Part shown: positions 54,359 to 64,000 of the stretch, one piece after another
Layout of the letters: every line of letters begins with the position of its first letter
How positions within the stretch are numbered: position 1 is the stretch's first letter
Source of the DNA: a virus
Direction: 5' to 3' (one strand)
Virus record (IMG/VR): IMGVR_UViG_3300022928_001147
Coordinates: 1 to 64,000 of that record
Length of the DNA stretch: 64,000 bases
Translations under genes and position numbers: made by a program
The notes under the pieces: model-generated
The model's input: the letters and a program-made list of their open reading frames with translations, nothing else
Databases searched by the model: none
Told to the model about the DNA's origin: nothing

Positions 54359-56460
54359 GCTACGACTCCTGTGTAGATAATATAATTAATAGTTTGGAAT
54401 GGGTTCATAATGTCAATAGGTGCACCAACTTCACTAAAATCACTACCTGCAGGAACAAGCACATCGCCACTGTTAGGCAATCTCTGTGATAAGTCTTCTG
54501 GACCAGTCTGTAAAGTTGATCCTTGAACCCCTGTCGGTAACTCGTCTCGACCGTCTACTTCTCTGTGTGCATAGAATTGCTGACCAGTAGCCGACTTCAT
54601 ATCGTGTTGGTGTTCTGGTAAGTTTTCTAAATCTATTGTAGTTGTATCAGTGCCATCAACAGCGCCTAGTACGCTTGCATTTGATCCTCTATTTCTAGTA
54701 TCCGGATCATCAACCGGCGGAGTAAGGCCGCCCATTAACAAGTTACCTAGTGGGAATCTGCCTCTTAGATCAGGAAGATTAAAGTATCCAGCGCTTGGAG
54801 TAGGACCGTAATTTAAATCAATTAATACAAATAAATCGTTATATGTGCCTTGAGAAAGTTCTTGCCCGTTACAGAATTTCCATCCTGGAGGTTCTGAAAG
54901 ACCAGCGTAAGGCATAATGCTGCCTATAGGTGTTAATCCTACAATGCTATTAAACAATGTTGATCTTGATATACGTTTTAAACCTTTATCTGACCCAGTT
55001 GTTCTGTCAATTAAAAATTCATCGCTAGACAAACTATTAGGTTCAGATGTTTTTTCACTAATAACTGTATTTTTTAATCTTAAAGTAAACTCTTTTACGC
55101 CGCCGCCTGTTTGTCCGTCAAATGCTTTTTCAACAGTTTCAACATCACCTTGCATTCTAAATGTAGTTGAACTTGTTAATTTGTCAGCGCTTCCAGCTTT
55201 GCCGCTAACGTTACCACTAACTTGGCCTTCTAAGTTTCCTAAGAAAGTAGTTGCATAAATTTTACGCCATCTTAAATCACTTCTACCAATGTTTCTAGTG
55301 TTGTTAAGATCAGGTAATATCAAATCACTAGCAGTAGTATCAACAACTAAATCATTATTACCTAATGTAATACTTTTTTGTACTCTAATCGAATCTCCGA
55401 CATTAATTGACTTAGCAATGCCTGCACCACCTTTGACAACTAATGCACCATTGCTAATTGTAGTACTCTGTGTAACGTCATTTGTTGTAACAATTCCGCT
55501 AATTTTAACATTACCTGTAACATCTAGTGCTTCATCAGGAGCTTCGTTATTAATACCAACTCTTAAACTTGAATCCACTCGCAGTACAGTATTACTATTT
55601 CCTGCGTTTCTAACTCTAAAGTCAATATTTGAGCCTTCGATGTTATGCTGTATAACGCCTGCGCTACCTTCAACTCCGATATTAAGTTCTGCATTAATAC
55701 CATATGCAATACCGCTGTTATTTTGTACATTTAATGGAAATACAGTAGTCGATTCTACGTCACTTCTTAAGAAATTAGCGGCCGGTATTGGTAAATTACT
55801 AACAATTAAACTTTCTGCCTTCTCAGCAGTACCATAGAATTTAACATTGTTAACGCCGTCGGCGTCAGTATCTCTATTTGCTAAGTTAATTCCAGGACGA
55901 ATTTGCACGCCTGCAAATCCATTAATTGTTGCTTTAGGTGTAAATGTATCAAATGCAATAATAGCAACAATGTTAGCATTAACTTGAATTTCAATGATTG
56001 TATATTCTGCATTATCTTGGCCAACAACAGTATTAGGTTGTGCACCAGTTGTTAATCCTTGACTAAAACTTGGACCAACAAGTATCCAGTTAGAACCAGT
56101 AAACAAGTACAATTGCTGATTGTCGGTGTCTGCCCATAGATCACCTGCTAATGCTTGGGTAGTATCAGGCTCTGTAGTGCTCTTTTTAAGTCCGCTTGCT
56201 GATATCCAGATTGTTCCATCGTATATTAGCAATTGTTCTGTACTATTATTGTACCATAATTGACCTTCGATCGCATTTGACGGTTCTGTAGGACTTGCGA
56301 AGTTTTCTAATAAATGTAGTAAATCTTCGGCAATTGCAGCACCGTAACCTGTACTGTTTCTGCCAGGTAATTTAATACTAGTGTCAGTGTTAATTGTCTG
56401 ATCTTCGACTACAATAGGGTCTTTTTCAGCACTATCAGTAAATTGTATTGTATATGCCAT
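54355..56460 (-). CDS. Tail-fibre protein with tail-collar domain
   Basis: PIGSIMPYAG...P.GW.FCNGQ.......LF..I...YG....FNLPDLRGRFPLG; NPF..INYII. Confidence 0.85.
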   Translation of the reverse strand: MAYTIQFTDSAEKDPIVVEDQTINTDTSIKLPGRNSTGYGAAIAEDLLHLLENFASPTEPSNAIEGQLWYNNSTEQLLIYDGTIWISASGLKKSTTEPDTTQALAGDLWADTDNQQLYLFTGSNWILVGPSFSQGLTTGAQPNTVVGQDNAEYTIIEIQVNANIVAIIAFDTFTPKATINGFAGVQIRPGINLANRDTDADGVNNVKFYGTAEKAESLIVSNLPIPAANFLRSDVESTTVFPLNVQNNSGIAYGINAELNIGVEGSAGVIQHNIEGSNIDFRVRNAGNSNTVLRVDSSLRVGINNEAPDEALDVTGNVKISGIVTTNDVTQSTTISNGALVVKGGAGIAKSINVGDSIRVQKSITLGNNDLVVDTTASDLILPDLNNTRNIGRSDLRWRKIYATTFLGNLEGQVSGNVSGKAGSADKLTSSTTFRMQGDVETVEKAFDGQTGGGVKEFTLRLKNTVISEKTSEPNSLSSDEFLIDRTTGSDKGLKRISRSTLFNSIVGLTPIGSIMPYAGLSEPPGWKFCNGQELSQGTYNDLFVLIDLNYGPTPSAGYFNLPDLRGRFPLGNLLMGGLTPPVDDPDTRNRGSNASVLGAVDGTDTTTIDLENLPEHQHDMKSATGQQFYAHREVDGRDELPTGVQGSTLQTGPEDLSQRLPNSGDVLVPAGSDFSEVGAPIDIMNPFQTINYIIYTGVVA

Positions 56461-56464
56461 CTAA

Positions 56465-57079
56465 TTATGCCCCATTAAAACCAGTTAAACTCTGTACCCT
56501 AACTGTATAATCAATTTGAATCAATCTATTGAGTGACTTTTGTACAGGATGGAATACAACGTGTGTTAGTAACCTGCCGTTGCCGTCAGCACTATATGCT
56601 TTTAACCCTAATTCGTCAAATACATAAAGGCTATCAGCATTAGTAGCAGTATCAAACGCATCTTGTCCATTAGGTTCACCGTAATCTAGCAAGCAAGTTA
56701 CTAAAATATCAGTATAATTTGTGCCGCTAACGTGGCGAGTTTCAATTTTATTACGTGCAGGATCAAGATTATTTACACTTCGATCATCTACTACTTTAGT
56801 AAATGTTTCGTTGTACAAACTAGCATTTGTACCAGTACTATTAGGTGTCAAATATGTAATAATACCAGTAGGGTCAACACTAGTGCCGCCGTTTCCAAAG
56901 CCCATTTGATAAATCCATCCTGTACCAGCATTGCCTAAACTTTCTGCAAGGCTAATACTCATATTTTCATAATGAATAGCATTGCGTTTGTCTACAATTA
57001 CTTCACCAGTTTCTGGATTGTGTATTTTAATGTGTCCTTGTAGCAGCACACCGCTTTGTTCGTTTAATTTATCTGTCAT
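56465..57079 (-). CDS. Baseplate-associated structural protein
   Basis: GHIKI....GE....NAIH..N, M.FGNGG, FDELGL, LLTHV.F.PVQKS.NR; true start MTDKLN after ATAAATA and RBS. Confidence 0.75.
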   Translation of the reverse strand: MTDKLNEQSGVLLQGHIKIHNPETGEVIVDKRNAIHYENMSISLAESLGNAGTGWIYQMGFGNGGTSVDPTGIITYLTPNSTGTNASLYNETFTKVVDDRSVNNLDPARNKIETRHVSGTNYTDILVTCLLDYGEPNGQDAFDTATNADSLYVFDELGLKAYSADGNGRLLTHVVFHPVQKSLNRLIQIDYTVRVQSLTGFNGA

Positions 57080-57101
57080 AGTTCCTATCCTGCTGTTGTA
57101 T

Positions 57102-60100
57102 TTATCGCGGCAGGTCAACTGTTGCTGCACGTAAGAATCTACTGATGTCAGAATCTGATTCACCTAATGGTGTTCCAGGTACATTCCATAGTATTCCTTG
57201 ACGTCTAACAACAATAACCTTAACGTTTTCGGTCGGTGTTTCTGTTAATGTTAATGTAGTACCGTCTACACTAAATTCCGCTGGCAATGTAACATCGCCT
57301 TCTGGGCTATCTTGCGCAGTAAGAGTAGTAAAATTGTAGCTACTAATTGCGTTTTTACGCAAACGTCTGCCACCTACAAATACTTCAAACTCGTTTATAC
57401 TACTTGGCTCAAAGTCTAGTGTGTAGTCTGCCGTTGTACCATTTGCTAAGAATTGTGTAGTTAATGTTTCGTCTTTGTATGGCATAGTTGCTGTAGGACC
57501 TTGGTTGTAAACATTTTCACCTGCTAAGTAAATTGCTTTAACACCAGTACCTAACGTACCTCTGCGTAATTGACTCAATACATTTCCATTTCTTACAAAA
57601 TATTCGATACGCTCGCCTGCAATAAACAATATTCCAGGAACACTACTTGTTGGACTTGGTTCAGGAAGATTAGATCCATCTGTTACTGTAATACTTTGAT
57701 CGTACCAGTTTAGATCAGCAGCAAGCATAACACCATTTCTATCGTCAAGACGCTTGTAATGTGTTCTATTAAGCATATCTTTAAACTGACTCCATCCATA
57801 CTTGTCAACTAATATAGGATCTGCAAAATGTAGCAATTCAATTACATCATTTTCTTCAATGCCTATATCAATTTTAACATAACGTTTGTTATCAGTTACA
57901 TAATAATGTACACTTGGTATTAGTAATTCGCCGTTTAGTGTAACCCATACATATTGTGCATCAAGTGCAGGCTTTGATAATTCAATTAGTCCAGCAGTTA
58001 AATGATTATATCTATACCAGTCGTCTGTCCCAACTGTTAGAGATACTCTGTCTACAACATCATACTGCTGTCTATCAAAGCCTTGCGAGTCATGGTTGCT
58101 AAACTGATACACTGTTATGATATCGCCTTCGTTGTATGCGCTATCAAGATGTAATATGCCAGGTGTTGATACAAACTCGTTATTTGTATCAAAATATCCA
58201 TAACGGTATTCGCCATCATTAGTAACATACACATTTAATATGTCACCGTCTTGTTGATTAACTCTAGCCTTTAGTCTAATAGTACTACCTGTGCTGTTTG
58301 ATTTTGATCCGGTAAACGTCCATTCAGTATTATAAGTTAATTCTACGTTATTTAAAAATACTTTTATTTGCCTGTTATCGATCGTTCCTGCTGGAATTTG
58401 GAATTCTTCTAACTGATATTCACGCTTAGATGCCGTTGTTACAAATCGGCGTGTATACCCTGCATTAAGGATTTTGTTGTTAACTTTCACAACACTAAAC
58501 CAAGCACTTGGTTCATTATTAAATGGTGTTTGGTTTAGTGCAAATTCTACAGTGCTGCCATCAGCAGTAAATGTATCAATTGACACTTCACTAAAGTTTT
58601 GTGTTTCGCCTTTAAAGAATGCATAACTTATTACACTACCTGCTTCTGGCGGTGTAGCTAATGATATTACAGCATTATTAGGATAATCATAAGTATCATC
58701 ACTTTGTTCAACTACATTATTTAATGCTTCACCATTTACAGTAATAAAGTACTGTAGCTCAGTATCAAATCTTACATTAGTTAAGAATTTATTAGTTGTA
58801 CCGTCAGCAATAATATTATCAATATCAAGGATGTCAGTACCGCTTACTCCTAGTACTGCTAGATGTACTTTTGCGTTTAATGCAGGTGCAGTATTGAATG
58901 TAATAGTCTTAGCAGCATAATCTACAGTATATGCATCAGCTGATATAATATTAAATCCTACTTTTACAAACAAACTATTTGCTTGCAGTGGCGTAGTGTC
59001 TAAACTAAACGTTGTAGTTACACCATCACCTGTATAATTTCTTGACGTAATCTGACTGCTACCAGCTTGCGGTCTTTCATAAACTTTAATATCAACTGTG
59101 TCGAGCAGTTGTCCTGGTACTAATTCTTCCGGGCCTGCACTTGTAGTTTGTGTTACAAATCCGTCACCGTCGATAGTAATGTCTTCAGCTCTTAGACCAG
59201 TTGCAGTTGAATAATTTAATGCTCCGCCTGTCAATATAGTATCGTAGCTGTTAGGATCAGGCAAATATGTACCATCACTAGTTGTCTTTCTAATGATGAT
59301 AATATCACCTGCTTGGTTAGCAAGATCAAGGCCATCATTATCAAGGAACACTACTTGTGTTACACCATCGCCTGTAATACTCTGACATATTGCGTTCGGA
59401 TTTGTTACAGGGTTAACTGTACCGTAGTTAATATCATCTACTCTTACACCATTTTTATAAACGTTATAAACAACTCCACTTGCTAATGGCGCTGCAAGAT
59501 CAAGACTTATAGTCGAACCGTCAAGTTCGAATATTTCATCTTCAAACGATGTGTCATAGCTATCCCAAGTTTCTTCATACCATCCTTCAGAATCCCATCC
59601 TCGGCCGCCGCTAAAGTCAAAGCTCTTAACTTCTACTCCGCCATAATCAAGACCAGTCATAAGTTGATTTAAATCGTTACCAGGCATTCCTGTAGTAGGT
59701 GTATAATAATTATTAATTCTGTCTTGAGCTTGCATTAAGTTGATAGATTTTTTATATTCAACTCTTATTAGTTTATTAGCTTCTGGAGCATTAGTAAATT
59801 CAATTTGCCCGTAATAACGATCATACCCTTTGGTAGTATCAAGTACATTAGTATAAGTGTACTCGCTATTTAATGCCTCTTGATTGCTAACAAATACCTT
59901 TACATTTGATTTTAATAAATCCATTGGCCAAACTAAATCAAACTCAAATTTATTGCCACTTGCTGTAAATGTCTCAGTATGATTCAATACTGTATAAACA
60001 TATGTTCCTGTAGTCCTGTCAAACTTAACAATAGTGTGCATTCCTCTAACAGGACTTTCGCCTATTTGAACACTGTAAGTAGCAGCTTCGCCATCATCTT

Positions 60101-63100
60101 CAATATTGTTTAATTCTGATATCGTAGGAGCAGTGTAATAACCATTACCTGAACTTATTACATCAACTTTAGTTACTGTGCCGTTAGTTCCAATATGTGC
60201 TTTTAATATTGCGCCCGAGCCGCTATCACTTGACAACAACAGCACAGGAGCACTCCTATATCCGCTACCAGGATTAACTACTTCAACTTTTACAACTTTG
60301 TATCCATTATTGTCTAACCAATTTTTATTTGGATATGTTTCAATATTAGCATTTACTCCAACTAAAACACCGTCTTGCACTTTTACAGATTGTGGAAGAA
60401 TTTTTCCTTCAACTGTATCGTATGCCGGAGGTAAGTCAAAATCAGTAACTACAGTACTTGTGTTGTCAAGTCCTTGATATGCGCTTAGGTACTCTCTAAT
60501 TTTAGTGCCAAACGGTTTAACTTCTTTAATGTATGATTCGTAGCTTGGAAGATTATCGTTGTTAAACGTGATATCTTCTCGTAGCATTCCAACATTATGT
60601 TTAGCTTTAATAAAACTAGTTTTAAACGCCCAGTCAATATAAGTCTGTTCGCTAAATGCATAGCGCAGGCTTGCAAAGAATAATGCATTAAAGTCAACTA
60701 ATAAATCATCAATGAACAAATCATTTTTAATAGATTCTAAAATAGTTCTAAGTTCAATAACTGGCTCACTATCGTAAATTTTTGTATCAAAACTTATAGT
60801 ATCAAACCCTGTAGACGATTCAGCTGAATCATACAATGTAGATTTAAATTGAATTGTTCCGTCTTGTCTGCCTACTGTTTTATAATTTATAGTATAATCT
60901 TCAGTATCTTGACTATCTATTTTCTCCAACAATAGCCATCCGCCTGAACCTATTGTAGATATTTTAATAACATCACCAATAGCGTCATTTAATGCAGTAA
61001 GCTCATAGCTATTATCAATTAGATAATCAATTTCAGTTAACTCGCTATATCCAGTAGCATACCAGTCTGCATAATCCCAATACAATCTTACATTATAGCT
61101 TTGACTTTTTATTCTGTTCCATGATCTTGATTCACTAATTCTTTCGTAAATTGCCCATTTACCTTGAATCGTAGTATCACTGTTAACTAATACAGTAAAT
61201 CTTCTTACAGTTAACGTAGGAGTATCATTATAATTTTCTCCAGATTGAATAACATTAACTCCATTTACTCGACCTAAATTATCAATAGTCGTTTGTAGTT
61301 CTGCTCCCGAACCCTCGCCAGTAATAGTTACAGTAGGTGGAACTCTATAACCTCTACCTGGGTCTACAATATTAACTGTTATAATTTTACCATTAACTAC
61401 TACAGGCGTTAACACAGCTTGTGTTGCCTTTGCAACACCAACAAATGCTAAATCATCTATTGTATCAACTTCTGCATCCCATTGCGCAGAAACTGCTGTT
61501 GGAGCAGGGTCGGCATTAAACAATGTGGTAAAGATCTTGTCATCTACAATTAAGTTTTCCTTAAGAATAAGATTAGTTCTTTCAACAAACTGTTTTAATG
61601 CTTCGGCTCTATTAATAAACCAACTCTGTCTCGGTTTGTTAAGTGAACCGTACTTTTGCTTAGTGCTTAAACTTGGATCAGGAACAACACGATATTGTTC
61701 GTCATATCCAATTAAACTATCGTACCATTTTCTAATAATATCTCTGTTAGGCTGACTTGTTTCTAGTCCTTCTGATATAATCTGATATTGATTATGAACG
61801 TTTTGATTTTGATTATCAATAGTCCAGAATTGTGTACTTAACGCAACGTCAGTTCCCTTGATAAATCTTTCAACATTATACATTACAAAGCTGCTCGGAC
61901 TAATTAAGCCAACAAATGTATATCCTTTAGCAACTGGATCAGCAATATAATCAGCAACATCACTGATATTAATATTTCTAAATTCTACATCTGGAATAGT
62001 TTTCTTGTTAGCGACCCAGAAATAATAAGTTGTCTTAAATGTACCTGCTATACTGTCGTACTTGCGCTTAGTACTGTAAGTACTATCTCCATATAAACTT
62101 GTTCCGCTATAACCTTTTGCGAATCCATTTTCAGTATCAGCTTGAGCATCCCATACGCTAGGTAACACGGTTGATTCTACCCACTCGAAGACATCGATAC
62201 TATTACCTTGGAATAATTTACTCCAGTTTTGTGTGCTATAAATTACATCTCCTTGATACGGGTTGTAGAATTTAGCGTTAGTTAGATTCCACCATACTTC
62301 GCCTACGTGTTCACTGCCCCAACTATTAGTTACATCAATAGTAGTACCAGAAACAGTAGAAGTGTCATATAATGCAGGATCGTAATATGTTTTAAATGTT
62401 AATTCTTGTTCAGCAACCCCTGCAACTTTTCCTTGAATTGGATCAATATAATCTAAGTAAGTTAATAACTGATTGTCCTTTGTATCGTATAGGAACATCT
62501 TTTTAATTTTATCAATATCAACTGTTGGTTTAGCAACTCTATGCGTAGTCCACATTGTACTAAATTTGTTGTTAGAAAAATCTAATACTTGTCCAATTCT
62601 AGATCCATCAATTTTATTAGGTAATCCAACATATAAGTGATTATTTTTAGCAAGTATATTTCTGCCAAAGTAATTTACGTCAGCATCTGCTATTTGTACT
62701 GTTTGTGCAAGTATCATCGCTGACGATACTTTTTCGTAAACATATACAACTCCTACGTCAGCAATTATATTTTTAAAACTTGTAAAATTGCCGTCAAACA
62801 CAGTTTGGTAATTGTCAAAATATGTCTTAGCATCTGAATCTGCATTTCTAGCAGAGATATGTAGTTTCTCACCGTCAAACTGTAATTTCCAGCCAAACAT
62901 CTCTGCACGCTCATTTTTAGGACTATTTAATATTTGTGATAATTCAAATACTCCATTAACTTGCTTGTATATATAAACTACACCTTGATCAGCAAGGAGG
63001 TCATCATTTAACGGAGCACTAATTGCAATCACAGTTCCGTCGTCTGATATTGCTATTGCTTGACCAAATGCCGATGTTTTATCAGGTGCTTCTAACTCTT

Positions 63101-64000
63101 GTGACTTTTCAAACTGCCCATTGTTTGATCTGTAAACTACAACTTGATTAGGTTTAGTAACATCATATAATGCATTTACAATTAATACTTCTCCAGATGT
63201 TGCAACATCAAATTGCGATGCAATTTCTTCTAAACCTGTTTGATCTAATACTACATTGCTATTTGATCCTACACGCAAACCTGTAGAATTTGGAATGTAT
63301 CCAACGTAATCAACTAAGTCTGGCGTTAATATCCAATCGTTAGAATTAAATGCTCCCGCAGCAAGATTAGTTTTTGCAATATATAAATTATTATTTAGAT
63401 ATACTATATCATTTGTAAAGTAGTTAGCTCCTGTACTAAATGTACCTTTAAAAGTTTTATTCTTTGCATAATCCCAGTTGTATGTTAATCCGTTTTCTTC
63501 ACCTTTCTTAATGAAGTACAATCTGCCCGGTAAGCTGGTGCTTTTAGTACCTTCGGCATGAACAAATCCTCTATACAAATCGTTGTATTTGGTAATCTTT
63601 ACACTACTACCAAGTTTAAGGTTAGATTGCTTTTCAGGAACTGTATAGCTTGCTACAGGATTGTATCTACCAGGAGCAGCTCTTGAATAAAGTGTATATA
63701 ATCCTTCATTAGTAAGACTACTAGGAGTCCCAGTTGCTTCGGCAGTGATTTGGTATACTTGAGTCCATTCATTATTAGATGCACTTGGAGTATTAGCTAG
63801 TCTAGGAATACCTAATACTGTTCCAGAAGTATAGAACCAATATTCTATATCTAATAATCTTGAAGTTAAAGTTATTGCTATATCTGCGCCGGCATCAAAT
63901 ACTAACAGTTTACCTATGCCTTCGCTCGGTAATCCTAAACTTACATATTGTACTTGGCCTATTGTTCTGTCGGCTTGATATGTAGGGCTAGGATCTCCTG
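57102..64000 (-). CDS. Very large virion structural protein (baseplate-wedge-like), 5'-truncated by the window edge
   Basis: Frame stays open from 63578 to the window end (at least about 2300 aa); FG-GAP-like repeats (FGQAIAIS.DG), V..V.V...GSGY..AP modules, repeated F.ADG.T..F beta modules. Confidence 0.8.
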   Translation of the reverse strand, partial: GDPSPTYQADRTIGQVQYVSLGLPSEGIGKLLVFDAGADIAITLTSRLLDIEYWFYTSGTVLGIPRLANTPSASNNEWTQVYQITAEATGTPSSLTNEGLYTLYSRAAPGRYNPVASYTVPEKQSNLKLGSSVKITKYNDLYRGFVHAEGTKSTSLPGRLYFIKKGEENGLTYNWDYAKNKTFKGTFSTGANYFTNDIVYLNNNLYIAKTNLAAGAFNSNDWILTPDLVDYVGYIPNSTGLRVGSNSNVVLDQTGLEEIASQFDVATSGEVLIVNALYDVTKPNQVVVYRSNNGQFEKSQELEAPDKTSAFGQAIAISDDGTVIAISAPLNDDLLADQGVVYIYKQVNGVFELSQILNSPKNERAEMFGWKLQFDGEKLHISARNADSDAKTYFDNYQTVFDGNFTSFKNIIADVGVVYVYEKVSSAMILAQTVQIADADVNYFGRNILAKNNHLYVGLPNKIDGSRIGQVLDFSNNKFSTMWTTHRVAKPTVDIDKIKKMFLYDTKDNQLLTYLDYIDPIQGKVAGVAEQELTFKTYYDPALYDTSTVSGTTIDVTNSWGSEHVGEVWWNLTNAKFYNPYQGDVIYSTQNWSKLFQGNSIDVFEWVESTVLPSVWDAQADTENGFAKGYSGTSLYGDSTYSTKRKYDSIAGTFKTTYYFWVANKKTIPDVEFRNINISDVADYIADPVAKGYTFVGLISPSSFVMYNVERFIKGTDVALSTQFWTIDNQNQNVHNQYQIISEGLETSQPNRDIIRKWYDSLIGYDEQYRVVPDPSLSTKQKYGSLNKPRQSWFINRAEALKQFVERTNLILKENLIVDDKIFTTLFNADPAPTAVSAQWDAEVDTIDDLAFVGVAKATQAVLTPVVVNGKIITVNIVDPGRGYRVPPTVTITGEGSGAELQTTIDNLGRVNGVNVIQSGENYNDTPTLTVRRFTVLVNSDTTIQGKWAIYERISESRSWNRIKSQSYNVRLYWDYADWYATGYSELTEIDYLIDNSYELTALNDAIGDVIKISTIGSGGWLLLEKIDSQDTEDYTINYKTVGRQDGTIQFKSTLYDSAESSTGFDTISFDTKIYDSEPVIELRTILESIKNDLFIDDLLVDFNALFFASLRYAFSEQTYIDWAFKTSFIKAKHNVGMLREDITFNNDNLPSYESYIKEVKPFGTKIREYLSAYQGLDNTSTVVTDFDLPPAYDTVEGKILPQSVKVQDGVLVGVNANIETYPNKNWLDNNGYKVVKVEVVNPGSGYRSAPVLLLSSDSGSGAILKAHIGTNGTVTKVDVISSGNGYYTAPTISELNNIEDDGEAATYSVQIGESPVRGMHTIVKFDRTTGTYVYTVLNHTETFTASGNKFEFDLVWPMDLLKSNVKVFVSNQEALNSEYTYTNVLDTTKGYDRYYGQIEFTNAPEANKLIRVEYKKSINLMQAQDRINNYYTPTTGMPGNDLNQLMTGLDYGGVEVKSFDFSGGRGWDSEGWYEETWDSYDTSFEDEIFELDGSTISLDLAAPLASGVVYNVYKNGVRVDDINYGTVNPVTNPNAICQSITGDGVTQVVFLDNDGLDLANQAGDIIIIRKTTSDGTYLPDPNSYDTILTGGALNYSTATGLRAEDITIDGDGFVTQTTSAGPEELVPGQLLDTVDIKVYERPQAGSSQITSRNYTGDGVTTTFSLDTTPLQANSLFVKVGFNIISADAYTVDYAAKTITFNTAPALNAKVHLAVLGVSGTDILDIDNIIADGTTNKFLTNVRFDTELQYFITVNGEALNNVVEQSDDTYDYPNNAVISLATPPEAGSVISYAFFKGETQNFSEVSIDTFTADGSTVEFALNQTPFNNEPSAWFSVVKVNNKILNAGYTRRFVTTASKREYQLEEFQIPAGTIDNRQIKVFLNNVELTYNTEWTFTGSKSNSTGSTIRLKARVNQQDGDILNVYVTNDGEYRYGYFDTNNEFVSTPGILHLDSAYNEGDIITVYQFSNHDSQGFDRQQYDVVDRVSLTVGTDDWYRYNHLTAGLIELSKPALDAQYVWVTLNGELLIPSVHYYVTDNKRYVKIDIGIEENDVIELLHFADPILVDKYGWSQFKDMLNRTHYKRLDDRNGVMLAADLNWYDQSITVTDGSNLPEPSPTSSVPGILFIAGERIEYFVRNGNVLSQLRRGTLGTGVKAIYLAGENVYNQGPTATMPYKDETLTTQFLANGTTADYTLDFEPSSINEFEVFVGGRRLRKNAISSYNFTTLTAQDSPEGDVTLPAEFSVDGTTLTLTETPTENVKVIVVRRQGILWNVPGTPLGESDSDISRFLRAATVDLPR

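Noticed and set aside
767-61755. Numerous short antisense or alternative-frame ORFs in the track (e.g. 4724-5143, 18846-19460, 55289-55837)
   Set aside because: They lie within well-supported genes on the other strand or frame, lack RBS and motifs, and read as codon-bias shadows
1-64000. CRISPR array, tRNA/rRNA, integrase/transposase, intron or intein
   Set aside because: Intergenic gaps are nearly all under 110 nt, with no spaced direct repeats or cloverleaf seen by eye, and no recognisable recombinase, homing-endonuclease or intein motifs; tRNAscan/Infernal were not run
1-64000. Stop-codon reassignment as in some jumbo phages
   Set aside because: Genes are full-length in code 11, and TAA, TGA and TAG all occur as coupled stops

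Overview
This 64-kb window is a gene-dense, AT-rich segment of a large tailed (myovirus-like, probably jumbo) bacteriophage genome that uses the standard genetic code. It has four parts. (1) 1-10.8 kb, + strand: nucleotide and 7-deazaguanine genes (PRTase, HIT, folE, queE), a T4-type RNase H/5'-nuclease, a MoxR AAA+/vWA-metallopeptidase pair and conserved hypotheticals. (2) 10.9-19.7 kb: a fibre-like virion gene, then a tailoring-plus-transport cassette (2OG-Fe(II) oxygenase, GNAT, ferritin-like diiron protein, asparagine-synthetase-like ATPase, TctB/TctA, a DctP lacking a signal peptide, and a convergent TctC). (3) 19.7-49.9 kb: a mostly minus-strand modification island with 14 radical-SAM genes in three subfamilies, a free-standing SPASM/twitch gene, oxygenases, a nitroreductase, SGNH-like proteins, twin methyltransferases, a QueC-like ATPase, a PLP enzyme, an amidinotransferase, an ATE-like transferase and glycosyltransferases. 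(4) 50-64 kb, minus strand: tail-fibre and baseplate genes, the last of which runs off the window. The most novel signals are the radical-SAM array bracketed by virion-fibre and glycosyltransferase genes, and three unannotated in-frame minigenes (27313-27438, 30493-30585, 31191-31295). Each minigene is the N-terminus of one enzyme fused to the C-terminus of a radical-SAM enzyme, which suggests an accordion-like array that keeps its translational coupling. The window also has sigma70-type and T4-late-type (ATAAATA) promoters, several apparently giving leaderless mRNAs, and an RBS-occluding hairpin. I saw no tRNA, rRNA, CRISPR array or transposase. All assignments come from reading motifs by eye; no database searches were run.
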